Positions 13,001-26,254 of a stretch of DNA of 64,000 nt are shown piece by piece; within the stretch, counting starts at the first letter, position 1; each line of letters opens with the position of its first letter. The DNA is from Eledone cirrhosa (taxonomy: Eukaryota). The stretch covers positions 196,106,001 through 196,170,000 of the forward strand of contig OZ024743.1 in the NCBI GenBank assembly GCA_964016885.1. Direction: 5' to 3'. The translations under genes were made by a program, and so were the position numbers. Below the pieces are notes generated by a model, which saw nothing but the letters and a program-made list of their open reading frames with translations, was not told where the DNA came from and searched no databases.

Positions 13001-13736
13001 TGGAGTTCTGGATCTTAGGGAGGGTGTCTCGTTGCCCCATGTCAGATTCTTTCATTTTCATCCATTCGATCATAATTTCATCCTTCAAGTTGGGAAGTTC
13101 ATTCTCATTCATTTCTTTATCATTTACGATCTCATTATTTTCATTTGGAGTTTCATCCTGAGCATGCACTCCCTCCAATTTTTCGATCCTTTCTTTAATT
13201 TGTTCTGTTGCCAGTGATTCCGCCCCAACCCTGGGATTCGAAATGTTGCAGTTTACCTCGTTTTCATTGACACATGTTTCATTTTCCCTTCGCTGACTGT
13301 GTGCTAATAGCTTGATCTGATCAATTTCTATATCAGTTAGTAACTTTTTTCTTACAATATTTCTACGTATATTGGCTAGTTTGTTACTGTCAATATAGCC
13401 TCTGTTTTCGGGATGTTTCTTTTTCCAGTTGATATATGTCTGTTCTGTATTCGATGTATTTGATGGGTAGTACATGGCAGTGTAGAAAGCCTCAAGGACT
13501 TCTTTATTATCTTCCCTTGACCATTTTTCTCTCTTTTTCTTTGGATTTCTTGGTGGTGAGCATGGAGGGCCAACAGTAGGAGTATTCCGGTTATGGGAGG
13601 TCTCCAGCTCCGAAGTGATGGGAAGGTTTGAACCCTTAGCTGATTTTTCGACCCCAGTCTGGTTCCTCTCTGAGGGACGCGGCCCTTTTTTACCCGGGTG
13701 ACGGCCGATCCGGTATGAGATTTTATCATTAGACAT
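10088..13736 (-). pseudogene. Family A polyprotein (N-terminal Myb-like region, RT, CCHC, RLE), stop at 12486 and frameshift near 12030
   Basis: N-terminal REKWSREDN..VLEAFY..LANIRRNI; RT and RLE motifs as in copy 1. Confidence 0.9.
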
Positions 13737-13760
13737 TTACTTTATTTTGTCGCGTTTTAT

Positions 13761-13890
13761 CCTTATCCGCCAAGGGGTAATCATTTCGTGTTACCACTTT
13801 TAGAACGAGTGTCAACCAAGACTAGAGGGGTCGTTCTCCCCTAGAGACACGGCTATTCCCCGCCGGCCGCCATCCCGGTATTTCTTGGTC
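13761..13890 (-). ncRNA. Candidate structured 5' leader (double pseudoknot) of family A
   Basis: Sense-strand helices GACCAAGA/UCUUGGUU, GUGUC/GACAC, CUAGGGG/CCCC(UC)UAG, AGAACGA/UCGUUCU plus two downstream hairpins. Confidence 0.6.
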
Positions 13891-14033
13891 ACGGGGTTTT
13901 CTTTTTGTTGTTTTTTTAAATTGTTATTATCATGAGTGGTTCCTTAATGTGAGCATTGCGTGGCTTAAGAATGAAATTATTAATAATTGTCTCCACTCCA
14001 GGCACAAGGCCAGCAATCACCCAGTACAGTACA

Positions 14034-14075
<42 letters not shown>

Positions 14076-14076
<1 letters not shown>

Positions 14077-14690
14077 TCTTTTTTCGTTGTTTTTCTGGCA
14101 GTATTGGATTGCTAGGTAGCAAGCTGCAACCTTGTTAGACATTAGGTTTTTTTTTTTGTCGTCCAGAACTTTCGGATCTTATTGTTTCACTGTACTAAGA
14201 GTTATTACCTTTTTAGTAGCGTATGGTTACGTCCAGTTGGGGGTATGGCTATCCATGATTGCTCAAGTACTGTGTTCAAATTTTTTAACAGTTTCATCCA
14301 TTGGTATTGCTTTCCTATCCGTAAATCTCCAGTCCACAGAGTCCTTCTACTCTTCGTGTTAGTACCATATTGATTTCTAATATATTTTTATATAATTCTT
14401 GAAAGATCGTTTGGAGCTGAAGTTGAACTGTTTGTTTTGTTCAAAGAATTGCTGTCGCTTTTCATATCAATGGATTCTTTGCAACTTAGTGAGGATCTCT
14501 TGTTTGAAGTGTTCTTTGATTTTGGTTGCGTCTGCTTTTTGCTATATTATACTTTGTAGAACTTGTCTCGTTTTTATCATTTGTGTCATTTCGTTATCGA
14601 TTTTATTAAGGTGTGAGAGATCTTTTCTTCTTTTCTATGGTTGTTGCTTGTTGCTGCTTTTGAATATTGTTTGCTCGGGTTTATAACGGT
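14076..14690 (-). pseudogene. Degenerate fragment of a third R4/Dong-like family
   Basis: Minus-strand translation QRIH*YEKRQQFFEQNKQFNFSSKRSFKN matches family A ARIRRFEKRSRFYKDNNMFKNNQRNFYRK; flanked by TTA-like arrays. Confidence 0.7.
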
Positions 14691-14840
14691 TTATTATTAT
14701 TATCATTTTTTTTATTATTTTCTTTCATTATTGTTTCTGAGATATATGCCGGGTGTCTTCCTGACACCTAGGGAAAAATAAATTCACAGTGTGCATTGGT
14801 AAGCCAGTTAATACAGCACATTGATTATAATTTTAAAAAA

Positions 14841-14942
14841 AAATATTTGCGAATGATTCCTGGTTTACCCTCTCTGCACGAGGTGCAAAAGATTGTTTTG
14901 ACTGGTACTGCACACGTATTGAGAAGAGCACTATCTCTGTAA
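14841..14942 (+). pseudogene. C-terminal fragment of a Dong-like element in opposite orientation
   Basis: KYLRMIPGLPSLHEVQKIVLTGTAHVLRRALSL* versus family A LSQIPGNPRIGEIQKIVLMGTAHILRKILSI*. Confidence 0.8.
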
Positions 14943-15021
14943 GATATTTACATATGCATATGCACATGTGTATATATGTATACTTTTTTTTTTTATTATT
15001 ATCATTATTATTATTATTATT

Positions 15022-18000
15022 CTTTGAGTCTGAGTCATTGATGTTAGTTAACTGGAAAGTTTGTTGAAATGAATATCAAGGCACTACCTGCAGCCTCAGA
15101 TATTCAGGACGTATCGGAGGGTTCTTGCTGTTCCCAGCAAGCATGCATTTTGAAGCGTTCCAAAAAGCGTGAAGGGGCCAATTTTCTTTAACCATCCCTG
15201 GAAACTTTTGGAGATAGTCCCTAGTGCGCCTATGACAATCGGGATCAATTTGACTTCATGGCAGTTCCAAATCCCTTTTACCTCCTACTTTAAGTCCTGG
15301 TATCGGTTAATTTTCTCCCTCTCCTTCTCTTGCACTCTCGTGTAGAATGGGCAGGCCACATCCACAATCAGGCACGATCTTTTTTCTTTGTCCACAACCA
15401 CCAGGTCAGGTCTATTGTGTTTTAATTACTTGTCCGTCTGTATCCTAAAATCCCACAGCACCTTCACCTGATCGTTTTCTATCACCTACTCTGTCTTATG
15501 CTCATACCACTTCTCAGAATGTGGTAAATTATTTACTTTGCATAGGTGCCAGTGGATCACCCTGCCCATCACATCATGTCTCCAGCCCTTATAGTGAGTC
15601 TGGGCTAGTTGTTTACACTCGGATACAATGTGAGCCACAGTCTCCTCTCTCTCTCCACAGATCCTGCACAGTGCGCTAGCCTCCTCATTGTAAATATGGT
15701 GTTTGAACCACTTAGTTTTGAGGGCCTGCTCCTGCGCAGCCATTAACATTCCTTCTGTAGCCTTTTTAAGGTCTCCTCTTTTCAACCAGTTCCATGTCTG
15801 TGGATCTCTAAATTCAGTTTTCTCAAAGAAGGTACTATGAAGGGATTTTTCTTTAAGGCTGCTCTTTCTCCTTGATGTTATTTCCTCCTTGGACATCCCC
15901 TGGTCTATTGTCCCCTCCTTCAGTACAGTTCTGAGCATTGGCTCCTTACGTATTTGTGTAGGTTGTTTTTTCTCCATCTGAACACAGTCCTCTATGCTGA
16001 TAAGACCTCTTCCACCTTCAGATCTCCTTAAGTAGAGTCTATCGACATCACTCCTCTTGTGGAACATGTTGTAAATAGTCAATAGTTTCCTAGTCTTCCT
16101 ATCCATTTTTTTCTGTTCAGCAACATTCCATCTTAGAATTCCCGCACTGTACCTAATAATAGACACAGCTCGGGAATTTACTGCACTTATGGCATTCCTA
16201 CTGTTTAGATGTGACTTAATACGCTTCTTACTCTCCGAATGTATTCAGTTCTTATCAATTCCTTCATTTTTTTGTTCTTGATGTCATCAGCCTCCAGAAC
16301 ACCCAAATACTTGTATCCTTCTTCAGAGTCAATTTCCTTTATCATCTCACCTGTTGGTACCTGGATTCCGTTACTTCTGCTCAATTTACCCCTCCTCATC
16401 ACAATGACTCCACACTTACTAATACCAAATTGCATACATATATCTTTGCTGAAAATACGGACAGTGTCAACAAGCACATTCAACTCCTTCTCACTCTTCC
16501 CGAAGAGCTTAAGATCGTCCATGAAGAGGAGGTGATTGGTGGTAAGCCCCCCCCCCCCCACCTTTCCCAACCTGTATCCTGCTCTCACTTTTCGCAGTAC
16601 ACTGGTCAGGGGCATCAGGGCAAGGACAAACAACAGAGGGGACAGACTATCTACCTGGAAGATACCTCTCTTGATCTTCACGCTTCCCAAGGATTCTCCA
16701 GTTGATGTTAACTCTGTTTCCCAGGACTTCATACTTTTTCCCAACAACTGTCTGATGTTATCTGCCAACTTGAAGATCTCCAGGCTTTTGGTGATCCAAG
16801 AATGAGGCACCATGTCAAATCCTTTTTTGTAGTCTATCCATCCCATGGCAAGACCAGTGTGTCTCCTCTTGCAATTCCTCATTACCATCTTATCAATAAG
16901 TAACTGGTCCTTTGTACCACGGGACTTCTTTCGGCATCCTTTCTGTTCGTCCGGTAACAAGTTGTTTGTGTGGAGGTGATGGTAGATTTCCTCAGACATA
17001 ATGCTTGTCAACAGTTTCCACATTACGGACAGACATGTGATAGGTCTATAGTTGGTAACATCATTACCCTTGATTCGGTCTTTCATTATCAGAACTGTGG
17101 TACCTTTTGTCAACCACTCTGGTACCTCACCTGACATCAAGCAGTCATTGAACATGGTTGTCAGTTTCGGGTGGAGGGATGTTATATTTTTAATCCAATA
17201 CCCCTGCACACCATCTGGGCCTGGTGATTTACAGTCGGTTAGTTTTTTGGCCTGCCCCTTAAGAGTTTTAACTGTGATACTCAAATCAGTTTGTTGGTGT
17301 GCCTGTTCACTAATCTCCTTCTGTACTGTCTCAATTCACACCGCCTGGTCATTATGTTTAACATCCTGCTCCCATATTCCTCTCCAGAATGTTTTAGTTT
17401 GTTCCGCCTCAGGGATCAAGTCGTTGCCTCTTTCTTTCCCTTCAAGCTGTCCAAACAGCATCTTCTGGTTGTTCTCGAACATGCGGTTCTGTCTATACTG
17501 ACTGACTCTGTTCTCGTATCGCCTGATTTTTGCACTCTTTGCTACAATGCCTTGCTTCAGTTCCTCTATGATAATATTTAGCTTTTTCTTCCTAGTTTTG
17601 TACTTTATTTCCAGTCTATTTTTAGTGTCTATGTTTTTTAGTGTCCCATTCAGTAGGGACTCAAGCTTTCCAATGTAATTTCTCATTTCCCTGATTTGAC
17701 CACTCAGTCGTTTCTTCCACCAAGGCTCTGATCTTTCTTGTCCGTTGTTTACTCTCGCTTTTATACCAAGTAGTTTCCTCACCGTATTTGCTGTTGCTTT
17801 GAGGATATTGTTGCACTGGTGAAAGCTCCTCGCCTCAAGGTATGGGATGACTTTGTTTACCTTAGCTGTTGTTTCTTTTAACTTTTTCCTGTCTACAAAT
17901 CTTAGGTTCATAGGTTTCCCACTATCATTGTTCAATTCATCTACCACTAAGTTTAGGATATCAACCAAATCTTGTCCTAGACCGTTAGCATTCATCTCCT

Positions 18001-19975
18001 CAGTGGCCGTATCTCTGTTCCAGGTATTATTTATCTCAGCATTCAGATCATTGTCTGCTTCGGGTGGTTCCTCCGTTCTCTCGACCTCTTCACTTTCATT
18101 TCCCACTGGCTCGTTTGCCTGGCATACTCCACTCTCCATCTCCAATCTAATCTCTCTGCTCAGTTCCTCCAGTTCCAGCTCGCTTATCCACCCATTAGTT
18201 CTTATTACCCGAGCCTGCCCGGCCAATTTTCGTTCATCTAATTTAAATAGACCAATCTCGTTCCAGATGTTATGCATCCGTTTCCTATTGCCTTTCTCCT
18301 TGTGGTTACTCTTAAGGTAACATTGCATAACAGTTCTATTCAATTCTTTCGTCCAGTTGGTTCTGGTCCCTTTCCTTCTTCTTCTTCCTCCGACACCAGC
18401 AGTATTTGGTTGACAGCCAGGTCCCTGCTGCTGAGGCAGAGAGCACCTGTTGGGTGAGAGTCTGTCACATGACATTCTAGTCTCCATTTCACCGTTATTC
18501 GAACTGTTTAGGTTCGACATTTAAACACTCTTATCGAGGATTGGCGAATGTATGGTTACATAACCACCGGTGATTTCATCACCTCCGGTGATTTCGTCAC
18601 TCCTGATGATTTTTGTGTGGCATTATCACGCTGTAGACGAACATAAATAAACAAACAAACAAACAGGCAAAAAAAAAACCAAAAAATGAATAAGCATAAG
18701 TTTCATTGTAATGTAATGTTTGAATGTCTGACTTAGTTTTTGCCTTCCTTTCTCTGTCCGTCTGTTTGTTTTTCTCTTCATTTTTCTTTTCTTTACGTTT
18801 TTCGTTGTTGCTGTGCTGCTTTGATTTTGATTTTTGGTTTTTATATTTTGACCGTGTCATCAATTCACTCTATTTATATATTTTGATGCCTTCCTCTTTT
18901 AGCGGGGACACTACGATGTAGCAGGGGGTAGCGGGAGAGAATAGCGGCGCTAGTGATAATGAGGCAGTGGTGGTGGTGGCGGTGCTGTGCTAGCAGCACC
19001 TAGCAGGAGGTAGTGGGAGAGAATAACGGCGGTAGCGATAATGAGGCAGTGGTGGTGGTGATGTGATCGTAGTACTGTAGTGATGGTGTTGAAGTTGGAG
19101 TAGAAATAGCGGTTGAGGCGACTTGACCAGAGTTTTCATCGTGGTAGTGGTGGTGGTGTTGGTGGTGAAATTATCTTTAGCTATTTAGCTATTTAGTCAT
19201 TTTGCCATTTTCCTCCTTTTCGACTCTAACATTCCTGATCCAAAATTAAATATTAATCTTGTTTATTAATATTATCTAGTGATACCGCCACCTTCCTCTT
19301 TCGTAAGTTAACAGAAGGTAATGGGGGAATAGCGTTGGTAGCAATGAAGGAGTGGTGGTGGCGGTGATGGGATAGTGGTAGTAATGATGGATGGGTGGTG
19401 GCGGCGGTGACTGTAGTGATGGCGTTGTCGTTACTGAGTTTTGTTGAATAGACTGTATTTTTGTTTGATCGGTGAATCTCTGGGGTTAGTCGCGTATATG
19501 TGTTGACATATTTACTTAATATTGGAATTAAACATTTTGTGAAGACTTGAGACAATAATAACAGTAATAATAATTATTATTCTGGGATTGGTGGTGGTGG
19601 TGGTGGTGAAATTGCCGTTATCTGGCTGTTGTATTTAGTGTACACAGAGGAGTGATGGGGTAGGTCGTGTATCTAGTTTGTGGTATTGGTGAAATTGCTG
19701 TTATTTGGCTGTTCTATATAGTGTAGACAGAGGGGTTTTTCTTCCATTTATAACCATTTTCTTTTTTGAATGTAAAATGTATATTACAAAATTGAATATT
19801 TGAGCGATATAACAATATATTATGGATCCGAATCTTCCTGAGGCTTGAGTCTGGTGCTTTATGCATCTTTTGTACTAAGAATTGTTATTTCACAATTGAT
19901 TTAAATATGTTAAAAATCAAAAACTTACGGGAGCGATTTCATGACCTTCCTTCCACCATGTGCGTCTTCTTCCCT
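15022..19975 (-). mobile_element. R4/Dong-like family B, copy 2 (full length if the ~1.45-kb leader belongs to it)
   Basis: Bounded by (TTA)n at 14995-15021 and 19976-20000; ORF 18520-15096; leader shared with 300-1276. Confidence 0.82.
15096..18520 (-). pseudogene. Family B RT-CCHC-RLE polyprotein, disrupted
   Basis: NWTKELN, KSPGPDGV, NYRPITCL, WIDYKKGFD, LLFMDDLKL, YKYLG, CRICGEREETVAHIVSEC, RPD motif, C-terminal LLGTARTLRYVLNI*. Confidence 0.9.
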
Positions 19976-20000
19976 ATTATTATTATTATTATTATTATTA

Positions 20001-23000
20001 CAGTTGCATTTATCTTGCTTTATGTTCATACGAGTTATCACCAAGTCACAACCAGTGACCTCAAGAGACAACAAGGTCCGCCATGTTCAAGAAAGAACAT
20101 ACATACTCACACATGCATCTTTAGTGTTTAGACTTGTGATGTACTTATATTGACAGAATCTTCCTTAGTATATGGGCAGTTCCCATTAGTACTATCTTTT
20201 GTATTTCTCCTATACGCGGGTTTCCTGGGATTTGCGATAAGTAATCATTAGACCCCTTAGGTATCATTCCCAGAGCGCCTACAACCACTGGTATTGTTTT
20301 AGTTCTCAATTTCCACATTTTTCCAATTTCTATCTCCAGGTCCTTATACTTGCTCAATTTTTCAAATGTTTTTATAGATTCATTCTTGTCTATTGGAACG
20401 GACATATCAACTAGCAGGCATACCCTCTTTTTAAAGTCCTTCAATATTATATCAGGTCTATTTGCATCTATTTTTCGGTCTGTTTGGATGCTAAAGTTCC
20501 ACAAGATTGAGATGTGATCTTTTTCAAGTATGGGAGGTGGTTGATGCTCCCACCAATTCTTTTGATGGGGCAGGTCAAAATGCTTACACATTATCCAATG
20601 TATGTATTGTACAGCTCTGTCATGCCTGTTTAGGTATTCGGTTGGAGCTATAGGACTGCACATTAAAATTATATGGTCAATGGTCTCTGGTTGTTTTTTG
20701 CATACACGGCATAATGGGCTGCATCCATTTTTTATTATGTTGGCTTGGTAATTTTTTGTTGGCAGACACTGATCTTGTGCTGATATAATCAGTCCTTCAG
20801 TCTCCGATTTCAGTCCAGAGGATGCCAACCACTGATGGGTTAAAGTTTTGTCAACATCAGGATTGTTAGCTCGTTCTGGGTATTTTCCATACAGAGGCTT
20901 TTCTTGCCATTTCTTAGCCAGTTTCTGTAGCAGTTCTTTCTTTGCAGTTACTTTTACCTGCTTTGCTTTTTCTGTGTTTTCCATTTCAGCAGTAAATGGG
21001 ACTTCTGAAATTTGTAGTCCATTACTGTATCTTTGTGTATCTTTTGTAATGGAATATGATCTTTTGATGCTTTCGTGTTTCAAAACGAGTTTGATCATCC
21101 AATCATGTGATTCCCTTAGATATGTAGATAATCCAATTGTTGGAGTTTTCAACGCAATGTCTAACTGGATTAACCCACGTCCTCCTTCTTTCCTAGGGAG
21201 ATATATTCTATCTATATCTGCCTTAGGGTGATGCATTCTGTGCATGGTTAAGAATTTTCGAATTTTTGTATCGAGCCTACGGATCTCTGTGCTTGACCAG
21301 TTGATGACATTGTAACTGTAGGTTACTACTGGTATGGCAAGCGTGTTTATGGCATCGATCCTATTCCTTGCATTCAATTCCGTTCTTAAGATTGCTCTTA
21401 CTCTGCGGTAACATTCCTTCCTTATCCTTTCCCTCATTGTCGAGTGCTTGATTCCGTCTCCTTCACAAACACCTAGATATTTGTAAGTTTTTTCTTGATC
21501 AAGTTCTCTTATCACGTTCCCCCGATCAAGATTAATGTCTGAACTCTTCAGCAGCTTTCTTCTGGTGAACGTTGCTTTGGCCCATTTATCTAGTCCAAAC
21601 TCCATTTTAATGTCATCGCTGAACTGCTCCACAGTGGATAATAGCCCTTGCAATTGTTCATCATTTTTTGCAAATAGTTTCAGGTCATCCATGTAGAACA
21701 AGTGATTAATGGTTTTGTCATAGACTTTATATCCATGTTTTGTTTCATTGAGCATTTTACTTAATGGTATAAGTGCGATGCAGAATAAAAGCGGTGATAA
21801 AGAGTCACCCTGAAAAATTCCACAATTAATATTAACTTCTCCATCTTCCAGCGATTTTGTTTCACTATTCAAAAGGAGTGTCGTTTTCCATGTCTTCATA
21901 CTGAATGACAAAAACCTCCTGACAACGGGGGATATTTTGAAAATCTCTAAACATTTTTCAATCCAACTGTGTGGCAAACTATAGAATGCTTTTTTATAAT
22001 CGATTTTTGTGTCTATTATGACAATCTTCCAGTATCATTTTGTTAACCAAAAGCTGATCCTTACAGCCATATGAGCCTCGTTTACACCCTTTCTGCTCAA
22101 TGGGAAATAGGTCATTTGTTATCTGGTGGTCATATGTGTATTCAGTTAGGACTGATGTTAAAATTTTATACATTGTGGTCAAGCAAGTTATCGGTCTGTA
22201 ATTTTTGGAATTGTTTGTCTCATCATTCTTCGGAAGCAGGAATGTAATGCCGTTAACTAGCCATGATGGTATCTTTTCTGGCTCCTTAACTATTTCATTG
22301 TAAAGTTGGGCTAACAGCTCATGAGACTCTGTGAAGGCATTTATCCAAAAGTTTTGTATTTTGTCTTTTCCTGGGGATTTCCATTTGCTGGTTTTTCTTA
22401 GAGCCAAGCGCAACTGTTCAACTGTTATATTTTCCCATATTTGTTCCTCAAGGTGAGCTGTATCTTTCATTTGTCTGTCTATCCATGGGGCATGTATGTT
22501 ATGAACTTTTTCTTCCGCCCAGATCTTTTCCCAGAATTCTTGCACTTCCTCCTTGGGTGGTATTGATTTAGCAGTTATTGTTGACTTACCAATTTTTCTG
22601 TAGAAGTTTCTTTGGTTGTTTTTGAACATATTATTGTCCCTATAGAATCTAGATCGTTTTTCAAAGCGCCTTATACGAGCAGCTTTGGCCGACACTTTTT
22701 GCTTGATTATTTCTATCAGCATGTCTATGTCACATGTTGATTTTATACTGTACTTTTTTTTCAATTTTCTAAGTTTAGTTTGTTTAACATGTTCACCTAC
22801 TTTATAGTTTGTTAAAATTTCTATGTCAGATCGGAGAAGGTTTATTTGGCGATTGATGTTCTCTTGCCAAGTAGATTTCTTGTGGGAATTCCTTTGTTTT
22901 TTCATCTTCACTCCACATAAGTGAGTGGTGACTTTAGCCGATGCATAATAGAGATGATTTAAATCAGTAATGTTTAGTTTGTTTGTGATGATAATGTTTT

Positions 23001-23111
23001 TGAGAATTATGTTAGTCTTGTGTATTATCTTTTGGTTCTGTTTGGAGTTCTGGATCTTAGGGAGGGTGTCTCGTTGCCCCATGTCAGATTCTTTCATTTT
23101 CATCCATTCGA

Positions 23112-23115
<4 letters not shown>
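20001..23115 (-). mobile_element. R4/Dong-like family A, copy 3 (5'-truncated; small deletion/frameshift near 22000)
   Basis: Near-identical to copy 2; ORFs 20145-21977 and 21994-23115; (TTA)n on both sides. Confidence 0.93.

Positions 23116-23178
<63 letters not shown>
23114..23178. repeat. (TTA)n microsatellite
   Basis: Direct observation; marks the right edge of the retrotransposon nest. Confidence 0.98.
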
Positions 23179-26100
23179 CTTCATCATCATCCCGTTGATT
23201 TGATTGTGACACATGCAGGAGAATAGCAATTGTTACTTCCTCCATATCTTAATTAAACTGCACTTTGACATTAAACATGAAATCTTTATTATTTTCTAAA
23301 GTAATATGAAGATGCCGTTACGACACCCCGGTCATAATGATCTCTTCATGCGTAACTGCTACAGCCAACCGTAGTGAAATTACAAAATTACAACAGGACA
23401 ACGATTGAGCCTTTACATGTTCGCTCAACCTCATTGAAATAGCATTAAAATCTTCTTCATATCAAAAGGAACAGATGTATTTGATAATGTAGTCCTGGAT
23501 GTATGTAAACAGACATGTTGGCTAGAATACTGCTTGTCAATAGATCTGCTCGATTAAGATTGAGTTACAACCACAATAAACTACAATAGCACCAAATAGA
23601 CAGAGTAAAATGTTTGAAATATTCTCTATTAGCAATTATCTACCCTTACATCTAGTATCATTACCTTTCTCTTCTATAGAACACAAAAGTGGAGCTTTCG
23701 CTGTAATCTTTAATCATTAGCGCCTGTGCTGCTTCTTAACCTGAATTATGATGTCCACCATAAACAAAATTTCCTGTTTCTTAAACAGCATTATTATCTT
23801 AATTTATTGATTGCATGTCTTTGTATCAGAGAAAATAGTTTTAAATTGTTGCCATATACGCGTGACTTTAACAAACAGAAAAAATATTGATATTCTTCAG
23901 TGAAAGAAACAATAATATTTATGAGAACTTAAAAAATTTCAACAACTTGTATTCTTTTTTTTCCTTTTTCTTCTAAACATGTTTACGAGTTGCTCTTCGT
24001 TTGATCTTAAACGTGGTTTCACACCTCTCATGCTATTTGTAGGAGAAATTTTCGCAAGCCAGCGGTCAATTTCCCAGCATGTCCCCGTCAAAAGAAATTG
24101 TTTAAATAAATACTAACATGAAGAGATAACTCGAAAGAAAATATCCCAAAGAAACTAGAATAAAGTAAGAGAATTATATTTATCTTTTGTTAGCATTAGT
24201 CAAGAGATGCTTATGAAAGACATATATAGAAGGAGAAACCTCCATTTATATATTTGGAAGATAAAATGCTTGTTCCTTTTATTAATATTACTAATATTTC
24301 TTGACGTTAAACTCTTTATACGATATGAAATCAAGTTATGTGATTGTTCGATCGATTTTTCTGAAAAACAACCGATTTTATTCGAAGGATGATTCTTATG
24401 AAACCCTTTATCTGTAAAACAAGAAAGTATTTTTACTTTCAACACAACAAAATAAGATAAATTCCTAACCACTAAATCATTAAGAAATGACAACACAACG
24501 CCTGTTCCTCTGGAGGTATTTGCATTAACACATTAGAATGAAACATCGTGTGACATAAATATGTTACAATTACAGAATCGTTGGTACTACTAGCTTAGAC
24601 CAGTTACAGTATGACAGTGGATTTAAACTTAGACTGTAAAGTTGGGATGAAATTTGGATTGTTGGAGCTTTTCATTAAATTATATATGAGAACTTGCTTT
24701 TAAATGATGCACATGTAAGATTATAATTACACTATAGGATAACTGACTGATTAATTCTAACATGGAATGTTTAAATTGTGTTAATAATTGGGGATAATGA
24801 ACAAAATCTTGAAACAAGTTGTATCTTTCTATAGTGTGTGCTGAATCTGATTATTAAGTAAACTCGGAAAATTGAAAGCATTTCAGACATGCAGAAATTA
24901 AATCTGAAATTTGTTCATACCAAGTAATCAATCACAAATATCAAATCTTACATGTAACATTCTAGCAGCTTATTCACTGACAATGTTTCTCTATAATAAC
25001 AACGGGGAAACTCAAAATGTTATGAATTTATCAGATATCTTAATAATACAAAATGACGTGAGTAATCAGCTCCGAATATCTCGGATTTTCTCAGAAGCTC
25101 TAATTTAACAGAGAATTCATTTTAGAATACTGAAATCCTTCATGTTTATACTTTTCAGTATAATATATCAATTATCTGAAGAAGAACTACATAAATTGAG
25201 CATCTTGTATTCTTTTCTATTCATGGTGTTTATAAATATTAAATGGTAAGGCAAAAGCTTCCTAAACTTAGTGATAAAAACATTTCTTTACCTATTGATA
25301 AAACTTATGAAATGATGTGCCATCTTCAATAACAACCCGGCTTACGTGATTAGCAAAATAATCTCTATCTTTACCGATATACCACCTGTTCTCTATCTTT
25401 ACATCAATATGTTGAAGCTTCTCTTCTTAAAAGGCTAAATATATTGACTCCCTTTTGTTGATACAAATTATAAGCTACTTTCCTCACACCCACGCATTCA
25501 TTGACACATCCATATATATATACACACAGGGCAATTTGTCTGCTTTTACTGTTTTTCTCCTCTATTATCTCTCTTTCGTTCTTTGTATCTTAAGTCAATA
25601 AAACCTGATGTAGCTTTTATTGAAAATTACATTTCACATTTAGTTGCAACTGACAACTGAATACTATAGAAGTTGACTTAGTATTAAAGTTTCTTCATCA
25701 CTCATTTTATTCCTGTGTGTATGAAAACATCTCTTTGTAAATCTCTATTAAATTAAGAACTCATATTTTTAATTACCACCATATAATCACTTCATAAAAT
25801 CTTCACCTATTTGCTGATATAGCTTTCTTCTATACCTTATCTTTCCAGTTTCTAATAATATATTCTGAAATACTATATACCTATCTTCCCGTCAGCACCA
25901 TACAGTCATATTCTACAATAAAGAACAGGTAATATAATGTCCAAAGACATCATACGAAACTCATTTGTAAATGAATTGTAAACATATTTTAGTTAACTAT
26001 TACTAATTATATTTTCATAGAAGATTAGTTTTAGAAGTATTTCATTCGAACTTTAAATGTGAAGGCCAAGGTGTGGAGTGTTTCAGTGCTTTTTCATTTT

Positions 26101-26254
26101 CGGTTTTTTGGCATTCAAAATCGGTCTATATTTTACGTGTAGGATTGATAGAGAGTCTGACACCATGCTTTACAGCATAGTTACGTCCCTTTACGTTCTG
26201 AGTTCAAATCCCGCCGAGTTTCAATAAAGGAAATAACATATTAGATAATTGTTT

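Larger units (their letters stand above)
9944..13920 (-). mobile_element. R4/Dong-like family A, copy 2 (apparently full length)
   Basis: Complete ORF region from ATG 13736 to stop 10088 plus a ~185-nt 5' leader; ends beside degenerate TTA (TTGTTATTAT). Confidence 0.92.

Noticed and set aside
13761-13890. Canonical HDV ribozyme
   Set aside because: Lacks the 3-bp P3/L3 consensus, GG P1.1 and a distal P2 strand; kept only as a novel-fold candidate.
1-23115. Simple 18.7-kb segmental duplication of a B+A unit
   Set aside because: A1 and A3 have different truncations, A3 groups with A2, and B copies appear more diverged than A copies. Independent insertions fit better, though an older duplication of B alone is not excluded.
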